Positions 27,983 to 38,326 are shown, counted from the first letter of the stretch. The stretch is 64,000 nucleotides of DNA from Candidatus Poribacteria bacterium (GCA_965208325.1 OZ242326.1:1152001-1216000), one strand, 5' to 3'. The notes: generated from the letters alone by a model not told the origin. Translations and numbers: made by a program.

Positions 27983-29574
27983 CGGCGGCCGTTAGTCAAA
28001 AGGGGGCATTGGTGGCAAAGTGGAATGAGCAAGTTAAAGTTGGGCTCGCGGCGGTCATCGGCTTAGCTTTACTTGTCGTTCTGTTGTTCAATGCATCGAA
28101 TTGGCCGTGGAGTGTAAGTGGTGACGTTTTGCAGGTTCAATTTGGCGCTGTAAACGACCTGCACCTCGGCGCTGGAGTTCAATTGTCAGGAGTGAAGGTC
28201 GGAAAAGTCACGGGGATAGAACTCAAAGCCGACAAAAATTTAATTGACGTTCAATTTCGAGTCAAGGAAGGATTTCAGCGGTTACGCCAGGGGTGTAGAG
28301 TCAGGATTGGCACAATCGGATTTGTAGGTGAAACTTACATTGATATTAGAAACGGTCCTGTGGGGAATCCGCCTCTACAACTGGAGGACCTCCCTTTAGT
28401 CGGCGAAGACCCAAAGAGCATCGTAGACCTCCTTGATATTGCCGAGCAAGCTGTCACTCAAGCGGCACAGGTTGCCCAGTCCGCAAATACACTAATTGAG
28501 TCGAACCGCATCGGCGTCGGTGAGGGAATTAGAGAAGTCCGCGAGTTGGTCGTGCAAACCGGCGCGGCTTTAGAGTCGGTCGTCAGAAACACCGAAAAGT
28601 CTATCGAAACCCTAAATCGGTTTGCGTCCGACAACGACGCGCGTTTGCAACAGGTTTTTAATCAAATAAACCGTTCGTTTGAAAAGTTGGAAAGCGATGC
28701 TTCAGCGCTCAGCAGCGATGCGGGAGCGATTACACAGTCCGTAATTGGTTTAATTGACCGAAACTCGCAGACGGTTGATGAGATTGTTCGTGATTTACAC
28801 GTAAGTGCTTCAAATTTTCGAGAAACGTCCCAAACGCTGCACACGGATCTCGCAGCCTTAAAATCCGAGATGTCGAATCTTATTCTAAAGAGTGAGGAAG
28901 TTATTGACGCCGAAGCACCTAAAATTGACCGGCTGCTAAAAAACCTTACTGCCGTTTCCGAGGATTTGGACGGATTGCGCGAAAACTTCGCCCAATTGCT
29001 GCATAAGGTGCAAACTGGGGACGGCAGTGTTGCGGCCTTAATTAACACGCCCGATACACACGATAAGGCACAAGATGTGCTGCAATCGGCGGACGAAACA
29101 ATCGGTGAGGTTAGAGAACTATTCCAAACCTTTAATGAAAAATCAGAGAGTTTTAAATTCCCGGACGTCGCTTGGGATTACGAACTCCGATATCTAAACC
29201 TTGAGGAACGCTTCCATAACGAGTTGGCGGTTTTGCTATTGCGCGCACATAATCACCGGTACCGATTCGGCTTTGGCATCCGCGAAGAAGAATTGAAGGT
29301 TGAACTTCAATTTGGTTATGATTTCAACAACCATTTACGCGGTCGTTTGGGGTTCATGCGTTCAACACCCGGATTGGGATTCGATTTATGGCTGCTTTCG
29401 AAGAAACTCGGTGTCACAATAGAAGCGGCTCGTTTGACGAGCGGTCGGCCCGAACTGGAAACGGAACTGTCGTGGAGGGTTTTTCCTCATGGACATGTGA
29501 TTTTCGGCGCAGAAAACCTAATCGATGATATCCGATACACAGCCGGATTTCGGCTGGCTTCAAAAAATTGGTAA
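27979..29574 (+). CDS. mlaD: Long MCE/MlaD protein (TM - MCE - long helical region - C-terminal beta-rich domain)
   Basis: VKVG TM anchor; MCE motifs LHLGAGVQLSGVKVGKV and GFVGETYIDI; about 250 aa of heptad-like helices; C-terminus with alternating aromatic/Gly strands. Confidence 0.88.
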   Translation: MTAAVSQKGALVAKWNEQVKVGLAAVIGLALLVVLLFNASNWPWSVSGDVLQVQFGAVNDLHLGAGVQLSGVKVGKVTGIELKADKNLIDVQFRVKEGFQRLRQGCRVRIGTIGFVGETYIDIRNGPVGNPPLQLEDLPLVGEDPKSIVDLLDIAEQAVTQAAQVAQSANTLIESNRIGVGEGIREVRELVVQTGAALESVVRNTEKSIETLNRFASDNDARLQQVFNQINRSFEKLESDASALSSDAGAITQSVIGLIDRNSQTVDEIVRDLHVSASNFRETSQTLHTDLAALKSEMSNLILKSEEVIDAEAPKIDRLLKNLTAVSEDLDGLRENFAQLLHKVQTGDGSVAALINTPDTHDKAQDVLQSADETIGEVRELFQTFNEKSESFKFPDVAWDYELRYLNLEERFHNELAVLLLRAHNHRYRFGFGIREEELKVELQFGYDFNNHLRGRLGFMRSTPGLGFDLWLLSKKLGVTIEAARLTSGRPELETELSWRVFPHGHVIFGAENLIDDIRYTAGFRLASKNW

Positions 29575-29639
29575 CGCACCGCCTTGAGGTTCAATGCCAA
29601 TAATCGCTTAATATCATTCATCTCCTAATAATCGATAAA

Positions 29640-31004
29640 ATGTCAAAAGAACGTCGCCAGTTCGTTTGTGGCGAGTGTGGCTACAGTTCAGCAAAATGGC
29701 TCGGGCGCTGTCCGGCGTGTGAACAGTGGAACACCTTGACCGAAGAAGTTCAGAACATCTCACCGCAAAAGACATCACGCCGGCATTTAGGTCAGCCTGC
29801 CAGTCTTCCGGAACCGATTACGCAAATCGCTGCTAGCGACGCCGATCGCCTCCAAACTGGTATCGCGGAATTCGATCGGGTACTTGGCGGAGGGTTTGTG
29901 CCAGGTTCCGTCGTCCTCCTCGGCGGAGATCCGGGTATCGGAAAATCCACGCTTCTGTTGCAAGCAAGTAACGCCCTCAGCCGAATCTATGGGAGTGTGC
30001 TCTATGTCTCGGGCGAGGAGTCGGTGACGCAGATAAAATTGAGGGCAAATCGCCTAGGCATTGATTCTGATTCGCTGTACGTTATTTGTGAAAATAATCT
30101 TGAACAAATTGATGCGCATGTTGCGTCGCTTCAACCTGATATTGTCATTATTGATTCTATCCAATCCGTTTACGTTCCGGAAATACAAGCAGCGCCCGGT
30201 AGTATTACTCAGGTTCGTGAGAGCGCGGTCCAATTGCTGATTTCCGCTAAGAACAAAAATATCCCAATCGTGCTCGTTGGACATGTGACAAAAGATGGGG
30301 CTTTAGCGGGACCTCGCGTTTTGGAGCACATGGTCGACACGGTTCTATCTTTTGAAGGCGAGAGCCGTCTCATTTACCGTGTGTTGCGCGCCGTCAAAAA
30401 CCGATTTGGTTCTACCAACGAAATCGGGATTTTTGAAATGTTGAGCACCGGTATTGTTGAAGTTAAAAATCCGTCAGCTATGTTCATCGGTGAACGGCAA
30501 AGGCATATCACTGGATCGGTGGTCGTATCGACCATTGAGGGTACGCGCCCCCTACTCTTGGAACTTCAGGCTTTGGTTTCACCGGCTAGCTCCGGAATTC
30601 CGCGCAATACCGCGGCAGGCGTGGATCGGCATCGCATTGCGCTGCTACTCGCTGTACTTCAGAAACGTGCCGGAATTGACATTGGCGGATCAGATGTCTT
30701 TGTCAATATTACCGGAGGTATGCGATTGGACGAACCGGGGATTGATCTCGGCACGGCCATCGCCATTACATCAAACCACCGAGATACTGCCGTCGACCCA
30801 CGCACTGTTGTCATCGGTGAGGTCGGTTTGGGGGGAGAAGTTCGGCCTGTTAATCATATTGATAAGCGGTTGGGCGAAGCAGCAAAGTTGGGCTTCGATC
30901 GGGCGGTATTCCCCGAATACAATCGCAATAACCTGGATTTAAAGCAAGATATTGACTTAGTTGGCGTGAAGGATCTTCATGGCGCACTCAGTGAGTTACT
31001 ATAA
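29640..31004 (+). CDS. radA: DNA repair protein RadA/Sms
   Basis: CGECG...CPAC zinc finger, GDPGIGKSTLLLQ, KNRFG and a Lon-like C-terminus. Confidence 0.97.
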   Translation: MSKERRQFVCGECGYSSAKWLGRCPACEQWNTLTEEVQNISPQKTSRRHLGQPASLPEPITQIAASDADRLQTGIAEFDRVLGGGFVPGSVVLLGGDPGIGKSTLLLQASNALSRIYGSVLYVSGEESVTQIKLRANRLGIDSDSLYVICENNLEQIDAHVASLQPDIVIIDSIQSVYVPEIQAAPGSITQVRESAVQLLISAKNKNIPIVLVGHVTKDGALAGPRVLEHMVDTVLSFEGESRLIYRVLRAVKNRFGSTNEIGIFEMLSTGIVEVKNPSAMFIGERQRHITGSVVVSTIEGTRPLLLELQALVSPASSGIPRNTAAGVDRHRIALLLAVLQKRAGIDIGGSDVFVNITGGMRLDEPGIDLGTAIAITSNHRDTAVDPRTVVIGEVGLGGEVRPVNHIDKRLGEAAKLGFDRAVFPEYNRNNLDLKQDIDLVGVKDLHGALSELL

Positions 31005-31036
31005 TCAAAATTATACTCATAATTATATGAAAGTGG

Positions 31037-32083
31037 GTGACTCCGATGCAAATTTGGTTCATCCGGGCTTCGTTTATTTTATTTGGTGCAATTTTTGGCT
31101 TTATCACGGGAGATTGGGAGGGCTGCGGAACGGCGCTCGTCCTAGCTGCCATCTTGGTCGGTGCCGAATCATTAATACGGCGGCCAATGTTACGGGATTT
31201 GTTCGCTTGCTTGGTAGGATTGGTTTTTGGGTTGATCGTGGCTGCTCTAATCATTTACATCGTTTCCCAAACAACCATTATCACAAACCTTGTCAAAGCC
31301 TGCATAACGCTCTTATTCGCTTATGCAGGAATAATGATAATCTATCGAAGGCGGGAAGCTGTTGGTTTGTTTTCCTTGACGGCACAGGGTTTACATTCCA
31401 CTTCCCCGGCTTTCAAAATCTTGGACACGAGCGTTATTATTGATGGGCGAATTCGAGACATCTGCGAAACGGGGTTTATTGATGGCATCGTTGTCGTTCC
31501 AAGATTTGTACTCAATGAATTGCAGCACATTGCCGATTCGCCGGATCCTCTTCGACGGAATAAGGGAAGACGGGGTTTCGAGATTCTGGAAGACCTACAG
31601 CAGAATCCAAAAATCAACGTCGAAATGACAGAGGACGATTTTCCCGATGTAGCAGAAGTTGACGCAAAATTGATCCATCTTGCCCGCAAAATTCAGGCGA
31701 AAATTATCACCAACGACTTTAATTTAAATAAGGTCGCAGAACTTCAAGGTGTAACAGTTCTCAACATCAATGTGCTCGCAAATGCTATTCGGCCGATTGT
31801 TGTTGCGGGTGAAGTTATCAAGGTGCGCGTAATTCGAGAGGGCAAAGAACCAAATCAAGGCGTCGGTTATCTTGATGACGGAACGATGGTTATTGTCGAA
31901 AACGGCAAACACTATATCGGGCAGACCGTTGAAGTGGTCATCACACAAGCACTGCAAACGAGTGCAGGCCGCATGATTTTTAGCCGCCGTAAACTCGGTG
32001 AAACGGATCGTGATGAATCGGAAGGTGAGCGTTCTTATTCCCGCAGCTGGCAGCGGAAGACGGATGGGACATCGTCTTATTAG
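31037..32083 (+). CDS. Membrane PIN/TRAM domain protein (YacL-like)
   Basis: N-terminal TMs; ILDTSVIIDGRI, ITNDFNLNKVA, GVGYLDDGTMVIVE and QTSAGRMIF. Confidence 0.92.
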   Translation: MTPMQIWFIRASFILFGAIFGFITGDWEGCGTALVLAAILVGAESLIRRPMLRDLFACLVGLVFGLIVAALIIYIVSQTTIITNLVKACITLLFAYAGIMIIYRRREAVGLFSLTAQGLHSTSPAFKILDTSVIIDGRIRDICETGFIDGIVVVPRFVLNELQHIADSPDPLRRNKGRRGFEILEDLQQNPKINVEMTEDDFPDVAEVDAKLIHLARKIQAKIITNDFNLNKVAELQGVTVLNINVLANAIRPIVVAGEVIKVRVIREGKEPNQGVGYLDDGTMVIVENGKHYIGQTVEVVITQALQTSAGRMIFSRRKLGETDRDESEGERSYSRSWQRKTDGTSSY

Positions 32084-32711
32084 AAAACCGTATTTGCAAC
32101 TGCACGGCAAACCGATCCTCGCGCATACCATTAGCGTCTTCGATAAAAACCCTGTCGTAGATTCGATATTTGTCATCATCAATGCTTCGGATTTTGAGTT
32201 GTGTGAATCTATTGCAATAGACCCATACGGTTTCCGAAAAGTGGGGAATCTGATTCCCGGCGGGGAAACTCGTCAAGATTCCGTTTTCAATGGCTTGCGG
32301 TTACTTCCTAGCGATACGGATTTTGTCATTGTACACGATGGAGTCCGCCCTTTTGTCACCGACGATTTAATAAACTCTTGTCTCGAAGCGGTGGATGAAT
32401 GGGGCGCGGCGGTTGCTGCTGTGCCTGTCCATGACACGATCAAGGTCGTTGATGCGGGCGGGTTCATTGTTGACACCCCAAATCGCAGCAAATTTTGGGC
32501 GGTGCAGACCCCTCAGGGCTTCAGGCGAGAGGTGCTAATGGGAGCGCACCAACAGGCGCAGGAGAAAGGCTTGGTTGCAACTGATGACGCTGCGCTCGTT
32601 GAACAACTCGGCTGCAGGGTCAAGTTGATAACGGGAAGTCATCGAAACCTAAAAATTACAACCGCGGAAGATCTTCTCATCGCCGAATCGTTTTGCGCCC
32701 CTACAAATTGA
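32013..32711 (+). CDS. ispD: 2-C-methyl-D-erythritol 4-phosphate cytidylyltransferase
   Basis: IPAAGSGRRMG, GGETRQDSV, VHDGVRPF, VQTPQGF, TDDA and NLKITT. Confidence 0.96.
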   Translation: MNRKVSVLIPAAGSGRRMGHRLIRKPYLQLHGKPILAHTISVFDKNPVVDSIFVIINASDFELCESIAIDPYGFRKVGNLIPGGETRQDSVFNGLRLLPSDTDFVIVHDGVRPFVTDDLINSCLEAVDEWGAAVAAVPVHDTIKVVDAGGFIVDTPNRSKFWAVQTPQGFRREVLMGAHQQAQEKGLVATDDAALVEQLGCRVKLITGSHRNLKITTAEDLLIAESFCAPTN

Positions 32712-32741
32712 AAGTTAGTTGACCATCTTCAACTCAAAAAT

Positions 32742-33215
32742 ATGCGTGTCGGAATTGGATACGATGTCCACCGGCTGGTGGAAAATCAAAAGCTGGTTTT
32801 AGGTGGAGTTCAGATTCCCTATGCAAAAGGACTCTTGGGACACTCCGACGCTGATGTATTAACTCACGCCGTTTGCGACGCAATATTGGGAGCGGCAGGC
32901 CTAGGTGATATTGGCGTTCACTTTCCCGATACGGACGAAGCATATGCGGATGTCAATAGCCTTAAATTGTTGAAACACGTCAAAACGCTCGTTGAACGGG
33001 ACTATTCATTTCTAAATGTGGACAGCACTATTATCGCGCAACGTCCAAAGCTTGCCGTTTACATACCAAAAATGCGTCAGCAACTCGCTAGTACATTGTC
33101 AGTCCCCGTAGATCGAATCAACGTAAAAGCCACTACATCGGAGGGGCTTGGATTCATTGGCAAGGAAAAAGCAATTGCCGCGCAAGCGATTGTTAGCTTA
33201 GACGCTAGGCATTAG
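32742..33215 (+). CDS. ispF: 2-C-methyl-D-erythritol 2,4-cyclodiphosphate synthase
   Basis: [25 protein letters not shown] and NVKATT. Confidence 0.97.
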   Translation: MRVGIGYDVHRLVENQKLVLGGVQIPYAKGLLGHSDADVLTHAVCDAILGAAGLGDIGVHFPDTDEAYADVNSLKLLKHVKTLVERDYSFLNVDSTIIAQRPKLAVYIPKMRQQLASTLSVPVDRINVKATTSEGLGFIGKEKAIAAQAIVSLDARH

Positions 33216-33284
33216 GTATGGGATATGTTATCGCATATTTCTAATGCGCGGCACGATAAAATACGACTCTAAATTGGAATAACA

Positions 33285-34745
33285 TTGGCATTAAGAATTT
33301 ATAACTCTCTCACGAGACGGCTGGAGGAATTTACCCCATTGCGGGCGGGAAAGGTACAAATGTATACCTGTGGTCCTACCGTCTACGATTACTTTCACAT
33401 CGGAAACGCTCGCACGTTCCTCGTTTCTGACGTTGTGCGGCGCTATCTCGAATTTCAGGGCTACCAAGTCAAACTAGTTCAGAACATCACCGACATTGAC
33501 GATAAAATTATCAATCGCGCAAACGAATCTGGTGTTGATGCTAAACAGCTTTCCCAGAAATATGCCGCAGCGTACTTTGAAGATTCGAGACATCTTGGAA
33601 TTCGTCCTGCTGATGTTCATCCCCGCGCAACCGAACATGTGCCTGAAATCATTGAATTGCTTCAGACGTTGATTGACAAAGGTGCGGCGTATGAACGCGG
33701 CGGAGACCTGTATTACCGCATAAACCGTTTCCCCAATTACGGCAAACTTTCAAACCGAGACGTTAAGGATGTGCGCGCCGGCGCCAGAGTCGCGGTGAAC
33801 GAACGAAAAGAAGATCCGCGCGATTTTGACCTCTGGAAAATGGCTAAACCCGGTGAACCGTCGTGGGAAAGCCCATGGGGGAGAGGACGGCCGGGCTGGC
33901 ACATCGAGTGCTCGGCAATGGCTATGAAGCATCTGGGTGAAACATTAGACATTCACGCCGGGGGGCAAGACCTCCAATTTCCCCATCACGAAAATGAGAT
34001 TGCCCAGAGCGAGTTGGCTACCGGAAAGCAATTTGCTCGTTACTGGTTGCACGTCGCATTCTTGAGAACTGGTGGAAAGAGAATGGGAAAATCTGAGCAA
34101 AATTTCATTCTGGTGCGCGACGCGCTTCGAGATTATGCTCCCGAAGCAATCCGCCATTTCCTAATTTCCGCTCAATACCGCCATCCACTTGATTTCAACG
34201 ACACCAGCTTAAAGGAATCGAGCAGCGCGATCCGGCGGTTGGAAAACTGTCTAATCGAGTTGAATCAATACCAAGAACACCACGCTAATACACCTGTTGC
34301 TGAGGCTGAACGCAGCGAAGATGAAATCGCTTTAATCGAATCTGTCGATGCTATGCGTCGTGAATTTAACACCGCAATGAATGACGATTTTAATACCGCC
34401 GGCGCCATAGGTGCGATTTTCAAATTCGTGGGTAATGTCAACTCCTTCCTCGCTGAAAACCACACCCACCCCTCACTTCTGGTGAAAACGGTGCTCGGCA
34501 ATGCATACCGTAAGCTCACTGAATTGTGCGGGGTGTTGGGAATTTACGCTCAGAAATCCGATGCCCGCAGTGACAACGCCCTGTTGATTGAACATTTAAT
34601 GCAGCTCATTTTGGAGGTACGTCAAGAGGCGAGAAATCGCAAAGATTGGGAAATTTCGGATAAAATTCGCGACGGCTTAAAGCAACTGAATATTGAGCTA
34701 AAGGACTCTCGATCGGGAACTACTTGGCAACAATACGACGCATGA
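33285..34745 (+). CDS. cysS: Cysteine--tRNA ligase
   Basis: MYTCGPTVY, HIGN, NITDIDDKII, GRPGWHIECSAM, FPHHENE, and KMSKS variant RMGKS. Confidence 0.96.
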   Translation: MALRIYNSLTRRLEEFTPLRAGKVQMYTCGPTVYDYFHIGNARTFLVSDVVRRYLEFQGYQVKLVQNITDIDDKIINRANESGVDAKQLSQKYAAAYFEDSRHLGIRPADVHPRATEHVPEIIELLQTLIDKGAAYERGGDLYYRINRFPNYGKLSNRDVKDVRAGARVAVNERKEDPRDFDLWKMAKPGEPSWESPWGRGRPGWHIECSAMAMKHLGETLDIHAGGQDLQFPHHENEIAQSELATGKQFARYWLHVAFLRTGGKRMGKSEQNFILVRDALRDYAPEAIRHFLISAQYRHPLDFNDTSLKESSSAIRRLENCLIELNQYQEHHANTPVAEAERSEDEIALIESVDAMRREFNTAMNDDFNTAGAIGAIFKFVGNVNSFLAENHTHPSLLVKTVLGNAYRKLTELCGVLGIYAQKSDARSDNALLIEHLMQLILEVRQEARNRKDWEISDKIRDGLKQLNIELKDSRSGTTWQQYDA

Positions 34746-34787
34746 ATTTCAAACTCACACTAAATTATACAAGGAGCGTGATAACAA

Positions 34788-35408
34788 ATGTACCGCTTTG
34801 TACCCTTATTGTTGGTTTGTCTAACTGGATGTAATATTGTTAGCAAGCTGGTGTCTAAGCAGGAGCTCAGCGAAAACTATGCTCTGATGGAAGGCGTAAA
34901 AGCAACAACCCCTGAAATGATTGATGGCAACTTGAGGACAGTCGGCGAAGCTTCATTGCCTGAAGGCGCCGAAGGAGCATTCGGAATGTCTCCTACAACC
35001 GAAGCCATTGTAACATTACCTGAAAAAAAGGTGATCAGCCGAATTGTAATCCATTCAAAAAACTTAAAAGAGTTTGACGTGTGGGCGGATAAAGGAAACA
35101 GCGATTGGGTGGTGTTAAAGGAAGTCAGGAGCGCCAAATCCAATCCCATCGTACTTTCCGGACTTCGGGCGCATTTCCCGACTGACAGAATCCGAATCCG
35201 TGTGTTAGGAACAACCGATGATGCCGAGTTGCGGCGGAGAGAACGAGCACGCGGCGGTTTTCAGGCCGTGGGTTTCGGATACAGCCGTGCACCGGGTAAG
35301 TTTTATGAGATTGAACTCTACGGTTACAGATCATCAGAGGATGCCGAAATAAAACAGGAAGTAGAAAAGCGGGAACAGGAATTGGATGACCTCTTAGAAT
35401 TAAAGTAA
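34788..35408 (+). CDS. Hypothetical lipoprotein, discoidin/F5-8C-like fold
   Basis: Lipobox CLTGC; ENYAL..DGN..; RIRIRV...YEIELYG. Confidence 0.65.
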   Translation: MYRFVPLLLVCLTGCNIVSKLVSKQELSENYALMEGVKATTPEMIDGNLRTVGEASLPEGAEGAFGMSPTTEAIVTLPEKKVISRIVIHSKNLKEFDVWADKGNSDWVVLKEVRSAKSNPIVLSGLRAHFPTDRIRIRVLGTTDDAELRRRERARGGFQAVGFGYSRAPGKFYEIELYGYRSSEDAEIKQEVEKREQELDDLLELK

Positions 35409-35519
35409 CTCGAAAATTCAACCTCAACTCCCTCTTTTTATATCGAATCAATACTTTTAAAATAGATGCTCTGCTTTTGCAGAAAGCAATCCGCAATAAA
35501 ACTAGAATAGGAGGAAAAC

Positions 35520-36110
35520 ATGCGATACGCCGCGTATACACTGATAATTCTGGCAATGGTTTCATGTCTCGGTTGTTTGACCTCGTCCACCTCATCAATC
35601 AGATGGAGTGAGAACATCGCTATGTCCGGAACAGCGGACGATCCGAGGCTAAACGACGGTAATCTCTATTCAGTTGGTGAAACTAGCCCAATAAGGGATG
35701 ATCCGAACAACCCGGACTCATACAAAGAAGCTGATGAATACAGCCAAGCTGTGATTCAATGGGGCAGACCGCAACAAGTCCAGCGGATTATTGTAATAGC
35801 CAAGGAAGGACAACTGGAGTTTTTCGAAATCCAGTACGAAGATGAGAACGGGAAATGGAAGACTGTCAGAAGTGTCAGGGATCATTTGAGACCGGAATAC
35901 AAATACACCGGTAAGGAACCAATGACGACTCGCAAAGTCCGCCTCAAAGTTCCCCGTAGATGGGATTCTCGCCGGGTGGGGGGTGAGAAACGAAGAACGG
36001 TAACGGATGGCGGCGCACCGGTTGTACGAAATCGAAAGATTCAAGAGATTGAAGTCTATTATGCGCTGCCGCCGGAAGAACCAGTTGTTCCCGAAACATC
36101 TGACCAGTGA
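35520..36110 (+). CDS. Hypothetical lipoprotein, discoidin/F5-8C-like fold (paralogue of the preceding gene)
   Basis: Lipobox SCLGC; ENIAM..DGNL..; FEIQY, KVRLKV and IQEIEVY. Confidence 0.65.
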   Translation: MRYAAYTLIILAMVSCLGCLTSSTSSIRWSENIAMSGTADDPRLNDGNLYSVGETSPIRDDPNNPDSYKEADEYSQAVIQWGRPQQVQRIIVIAKEGQLEFFEIQYEDENGKWKTVRSVRDHLRPEYKYTGKEPMTTRKVRLKVPRRWDSRRVGGEKRRTVTDGGAPVVRNRKIQEIEVYYALPPEEPVVPETSDQ

Positions 36111-36119
36111 GAACCGTAG

Positions 36120-37319
36120 ATGACGTTATCTGATGAAGTGAAGAACTTGATTCATCTCAGCATCATCCCCGGTGTTGGGAGTCAATCAATTCGATGTCTG
36201 ATGGCGGCGTTTGGATCCGCGGAGAGGGCTTTAACGGCAACATCGGAGGAATTGGTTCAGATTGAGGGGCTTACGCATAAGGCGCGCCAACGACTAGTCA
36301 ACGGCAGGTCGCACGTCTCTTTGAATCGGGAACTTGAACTTATTCAATCCCATCAGTGTCACATCGTTACATTCGAGGATGAAGCTTATCCACCCCTTCT
36401 CAAACAGATTAGCGACCCGCCGCTGGTACTATATGTCAAGCGGCGGTTGCCTCCGCAAGACGCATTGAGCATCGCAATTGTGGGGTCGCGGAGTCCAACA
36501 CATTATGGCAAAACCACCTGTCAGCAACTTAGCCAGCAGCTTGCAGCGCGGGGGGTCACCATTGTCAGCGGGTTTGCGCGAGGCATAGATACCGTTGCGC
36601 ACCGCGGCGCATTAGAAGCGGGCGGCCGTACAATTGCTGTCATGGGAAATGGGTTGAATCATGTATACCCGGAGGAAAATCGGAATCTCGCTGATGAAAT
36701 TCTTGAATCGGGCGGCGCACTAATCTCCGAATTCCCGATGACCGTGCCGCCAATGGGAACAAACTTCCCGCTTCGAAATCGCGTTATCAGCGGATTGACT
36801 TCGGGAACTCTCGTTGTCGAAGCCTCTGAACGCAGCGGTTCTCTGATTACTGCCCGGCTTGCCGCCGAACAAGGACGTGAAGTTTTTGCCGTGCCGGGCC
36901 AAATCTTCTCAAAACTCTCTCAGGGCACGCACAAACTTATCAATCAAGGAGCCACCCTCATCCACTCCGTTGACGACCTCTTTGATGAACTGCCTCAGGC
37001 CTTTACAGGATTGGCACCTCCATCATCTACGGTCTCTCAACCCCATGAGCAACATCCGCACCCCGATTCAACAATCAGCCATTCCCGCCAATTGACACTA
37101 GATGATATGCCGCAGGAGGAGGACAAGCCTGCGCCGTCTGTACAACTGACACCGGATGAAGGCGTAGTTCTCTCGGCGATAGATGCGCCCACCTCACACA
37201 TTGATCAGATTGTCCGAACAGCACAGCTCCCCATTAACCGAGTGTCCAGTGTTCTCCTCACCCTTGAACTGAAAGGTATTGTCGAACAGTTGCCGGGCAA
37301 ACATTTTGCGAAAAAATAA
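36120..37319 (+). CDS. dprA: DNA-processing protein DprA
   Basis: AIVGSR, IVSGFARGIDTVAH, FPLRNRVISG, VVEASERSGSLITA, GREVFAVPG and a C-terminal wHTH. Confidence 0.96.
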   Translation: MTLSDEVKNLIHLSIIPGVGSQSIRCLMAAFGSAERALTATSEELVQIEGLTHKARQRLVNGRSHVSLNRELELIQSHQCHIVTFEDEAYPPLLKQISDPPLVLYVKRRLPPQDALSIAIVGSRSPTHYGKTTCQQLSQQLAARGVTIVSGFARGIDTVAHRGALEAGGRTIAVMGNGLNHVYPEENRNLADEILESGGALISEFPMTVPPMGTNFPLRNRVISGLTSGTLVVEASERSGSLITARLAAEQGREVFAVPGQIFSKLSQGTHKLINQGATLIHSVDDLFDELPQAFTGLAPPSSTVSQPHEQHPHPDSTISHSRQLTLDDMPQEEDKPAPSVQLTPDEGVVLSAIDAPTSHIDQIVRTAQLPINRVSSVLLTLELKGIVEQLPGKHFAKK

Positions 37320-37331
37320 GAGATTGACACT

Positions 37332-38303
37332 ATGCGTTCGAAAAATTTGGACTTTGAAAAACCGCTCATCGAGTTAGGCCAACACATAGAACAACTGAAA
37401 TCATTCGCCGAAGAAAATCCGGAATCGAGTATTGCTGAAAACATAAAAGCGCTCGAAGCCGATGCCGATCGATTTACCCGGCACACCTTTCAAAAGTTGA
37501 CCCGGTGGGATAAGGTTTGGCTGGCGCGGCACGAAGAACGCCCGCAAACGCCAATATACATCAATGCGCTCTTCGATGATCCCATTGAACTCCACGGAGA
37601 TAAGTTGTTTGACGACGATCAAGCGTTAAATGGCGGTCTGGCTTGGTTCGACGGGAATCCAATTGTCTACCTGGCGCATCAGAAGGGAAAAAATCTGAAA
37701 GAGCGGCAAGCTGTAAATTTTGGAATGCCGCACCCGGAGGGTTATCGGAAGGCGCGGCGGTTGATGAAATTTGCAGAAAAGTTTAACCGGCCTATTATCA
37801 GCTTTGTCGACACTCCCGCGGCGCATTTTGATAGAGGCTCGGAGGAGCGTGGACAAGCCATGGCAATCGCCGAAAATTTGGCAGAGATGGCGCGATTGCA
37901 GGTGCCAATGATAGTTATTCTGATTGGCGAAGGAGGCAGCGGCGGTGCGTTAGCCATCGCAATGGGAGATCGTGTGCTCATGATGGAATACGCCATTTAT
38001 TGCGTAGCCCCTCCGGAGGCGTGTAGCAGTATCGTGTGGAAGGACGACGGCACACATGCACCGCAAGCCGCTGAAGCGCTAAAACCCACCGCCGTGGATT
38101 TGCTCGAATTCGGCATCATTGATGGAATCATTCGTGAGCCGCTCGGTGGAGCGCATCGAGACTTTCCGATGGCTGCCAAGCGCGTCAAATCTGCAATTCG
38201 AAAACATCTGAAAGAATTGATGCAACTCGATCGAGATGTATTGCTTCAACAGCGAAGTGAACGTTACCGGAGAATAGGAATCTACGGTGAAGAAAATTTG
38301 TGA
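37332..38303 (+). CDS. accA: Acetyl-CoA carboxylase carboxyltransferase alpha subunit
   Basis: LDFEKP, ELHGD, NFGMPHPEGYRKA, VDTP, IGEGGSGGALA and EPLGGAHR. Confidence 0.97.
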   Translation: MRSKNLDFEKPLIELGQHIEQLKSFAEENPESSIAENIKALEADADRFTRHTFQKLTRWDKVWLARHEERPQTPIYINALFDDPIELHGDKLFDDDQALNGGLAWFDGNPIVYLAHQKGKNLKERQAVNFGMPHPEGYRKARRLMKFAEKFNRPIISFVDTPAAHFDRGSEERGQAMAIAENLAEMARLQVPMIVILIGEGGSGGALAIAMGDRVLMMEYAIYCVAPPEACSSIVWKDDGTHAPQAAEALKPTAVDLLEFGIIDGIIREPLGGAHRDFPMAAKRVKSAIRKHLKELMQLDRDVLLQQRSERYRRIGIYGEENL

Positions 38304-38326
38304 ATGGTGAATAAGGCGGGTGTCAA

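Noticed and set aside
33285..34745. CysRS KMSKS variant (RMGKS) as a sign of altered specificity
   Set aside because: All Zn-binding and HIGH-region motifs are intact, and variation in this loop is common in class I synthetases.
20855..37319. comM, radA and dprA as a dedicated competence island
   Set aside because: The genes are dispersed among housekeeping genes and are widespread in bacteria. No uptake machinery genes are in the window.
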